Shown here piece after piece: positions 61,950-64,000 of a DNA stretch of 64,000 bases; positions within the stretch are counted from its first letter, which is position 1, and each line of letters begins with the position of its first letter. The position numbers and the translations under genes were made by a program. Origin of the DNA: Amphiscolops sp. MND2022. Taxonomy: Eukaryota. The notes beneath the pieces are model-generated. The model saw nothing but the letters and a program-made list of their open reading frames with translations. It had not been told where the DNA came from and did not search any database. The stretch covers positions 42,470,001-42,534,000 of the forward strand of contig OZ076411.1 of NCBI GenBank assembly GCA_964187785.1, read 5' to 3'.

Positions 61950-63050
61950 TAGCGAAAAAGTACTAACTGAAAACTTTGGATGACAATCAATATTTAGAAG
62001 ACGAACACCATGGTTTCCACAAGAAACAAGGAACATCCACACTCTGGTACGGGAACTTTCCTGACTTCAGTAAAACTAAATTTTGGAACCAGAAAAGAAT
62101 ACGGCCTGAAAAGTTTTCAATAGTGTCGATACGACAATACTGTTTCTGAGACTATATCAAAACGGCATGTCGCAAAGAGTTCTACTGTTGACACAAAACT
62201 ATCCTTCAACCAGAAAAGCTCGAATCAAACTGGGGAGTATCAGATCTGGTTTTGATTTCCGAATCAGAGTTCCGCTGTGATCATTTTTCCTTGACTATAT
62301 AAATCTTCATATCTGACAACTTGAAACCCACAAATAATGTGACGGTGTACAGGTATGCTGATGATACCTCCTTCCTGGTCACTGAGGATGCTACAGAATC
62401 TTTACACACTGCAATAGCAAAATGTTAGACCCGAAAGATTGGTGATTCCGAAACCGCATCAAGCCTTATGAATCGAAAACTAGAATCGAAGTCTAGCTAT
62501 CAATTTCTCACCTATTGAGAAACAACAAAAACCAAATTACAAACATGACAAAGTGGAAGTCTTCAAACAAGAAATCGTCAAACCGGGGAAAACCGGGGTA
62601 ACGATTGTGAACTCGCAATCGAGTTGCAAACATGGAGCAATTGAAGGCTAGGTTTAATGAAATTGGCTGAAACGTTTTTGTGATAGCAAGAATGGGCTTA
62701 TTCTGAAGTCGATCAAGATGATGTACAAAGCCACAATTGAATCAACGATGATCTATGGACTCCCAGCTCTGTATCGTGACGCTTTGAGTTAGTCAATCTT
62801 GTCGGAAAAGCCAATGGTACATTCTGTTCACCAGCTAACAATGTACTGGAATCAATAGCGGATTGCAGTCTGGAACACATCCCTGCCAAATTTATTGTTG
62901 TCAAATTTCTTTGTAAATCCTTTCTCTCCAACGACAGCGTCCGTGTCGCTCTAGAAGAGAATCATTCACTAAATATCCGATCAGAGTTTGTTAAACTCAG
63001 GTGATTTCTGTCCTGGAAACTCAATGTTAGAACCCGCCGCGCTAAATTTG
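61950..63050 (+). pseudogene. Highly degenerate LINE RT fragment
   Basis: EHHGF.K..GT, DFSK, YADDTSFLV and MYKATIESTMIYG motifs scattered across frames. Confidence 0.6.
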
Positions 63051-64000
63051 CCTCTCGTGTGTGTCTCTCGGATTTTGTACAGTCAACGTGAAAAGCAGAA
63101 GTATGAACAACACATACTGCAACGTTCCTGGGAGAATCAAAGTGACAATAAAAATGCAAACAGTTAAGTGTTTCACTGCTCGCGTAAACGAATATCAGCA
63201 GATCGACAAAGGTTTCCATTTTCCAACTTGTTACCAGACACTGTCAGCTGAAAGGATTTCCTTACAAGCCTGGAAAACCAAATTACCTAAAAGTGGTTGT
63301 TGTGAAAAAGAAAAATCCGTCGAACAGTTTGTTTTGCAATGCCAAAATATACAGACAAAAACTTGACCTCCCTTGAAACGTTGAAGAATCTTTCCGTCAT
63401 GCCTGTCTTGGATTTTATACTGTAGAAACGCGGCGACCTACAACAACTGACGAATAACCTACACCTTTTGCTTTAGTTCACTGCAAAAAGAGCTTTGTAA
63501 CCTTAATCAAAAACTTTTTAGTTGCTAATCATCAAGCTTCACTCCAAGGTTTTTTCATGTAACGATGATCAACCACAGCAACCGGAATTTTATCTGATGA
63601 GAGTTAAAAAGTTGTGAGTTTTTGGCCCATTTCAGATATCAAATCCTGAGCAGTACGCTGGAACATGCCTAGGGTCCCGATTTTCCGGGTTCCATCGAGA
63701 GAATCTCCCGTGCACTGATAACGGGACAAAGAGTCAAACACTCTCGTCAACGAAAGATCTTCGAAGGTTCCCGGGTAAATTGTAGAGTAAGGGGTTCTGA
63801 GATTAGGGGTTGAGCTTTTCGGACGTCACGTTGAAGAGTAATCGTTGTGATAAACCTATTAAACAGAAGTATTTGATGAGTTCATCAAGTCTGATTTCAG
63901 ATATCTGATTGTTTGATACATGCTCTTCACCCTCGGCGCAATCTCTCTCTATCACGCCCTGAAAACCCTGCCCAAACAACAACAGCGGCCGCTATCACGA

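Noticed and set aside
63350-64000. GC-richer stretch at the window end, possibly another retroelement fragment
   Set aside because: No motif could be recognised in any frame and it is truncated by the window edge.

Overview
Repeat-rich, AT-rich eukaryotic (animal-like) genomic DNA; the taxon cannot be fixed from the sequence alone. Two host genes are recognisable: a BTG/Tob-family antiproliferative gene (+, 16680-17558) and an OSER1-like gene (-, 40635-41408). Most other interpretable sequence is transposon-derived: Tc1 remnants, hAT elements with 8-bp target-site duplications (TSDs), foldback MITEs, a very abundant GTCGGCGC/GCGCCGAC-ended repeat family, degenerate Gypsy, LINE and Penelope fragments, a full-length CR1/L2-type LINE with a PHD-finger ORF1 (about 54346-58100), and tRNA-derived repeats. 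The main observation is a full-length BEL/Pao LTR retrotransposon (44751-51602, - strand, LTRs about 98% identical). Between its pol stop and its polypurine tract it carries an uninterrupted, GC-rich, antisense ORF (45147-45944). This ORF encodes a JmjC-type Fe(II)/2-oxoglutarate oxygenase with an intact H-x-D...H triad and an N-terminal PLDLS (CtBP-binding) motif, and has a candidate TATA/Inr promoter of its own. It is a candidate retrotransposon-borne chromatin-modifying or anti-silencing module; that function is inference, not shown.
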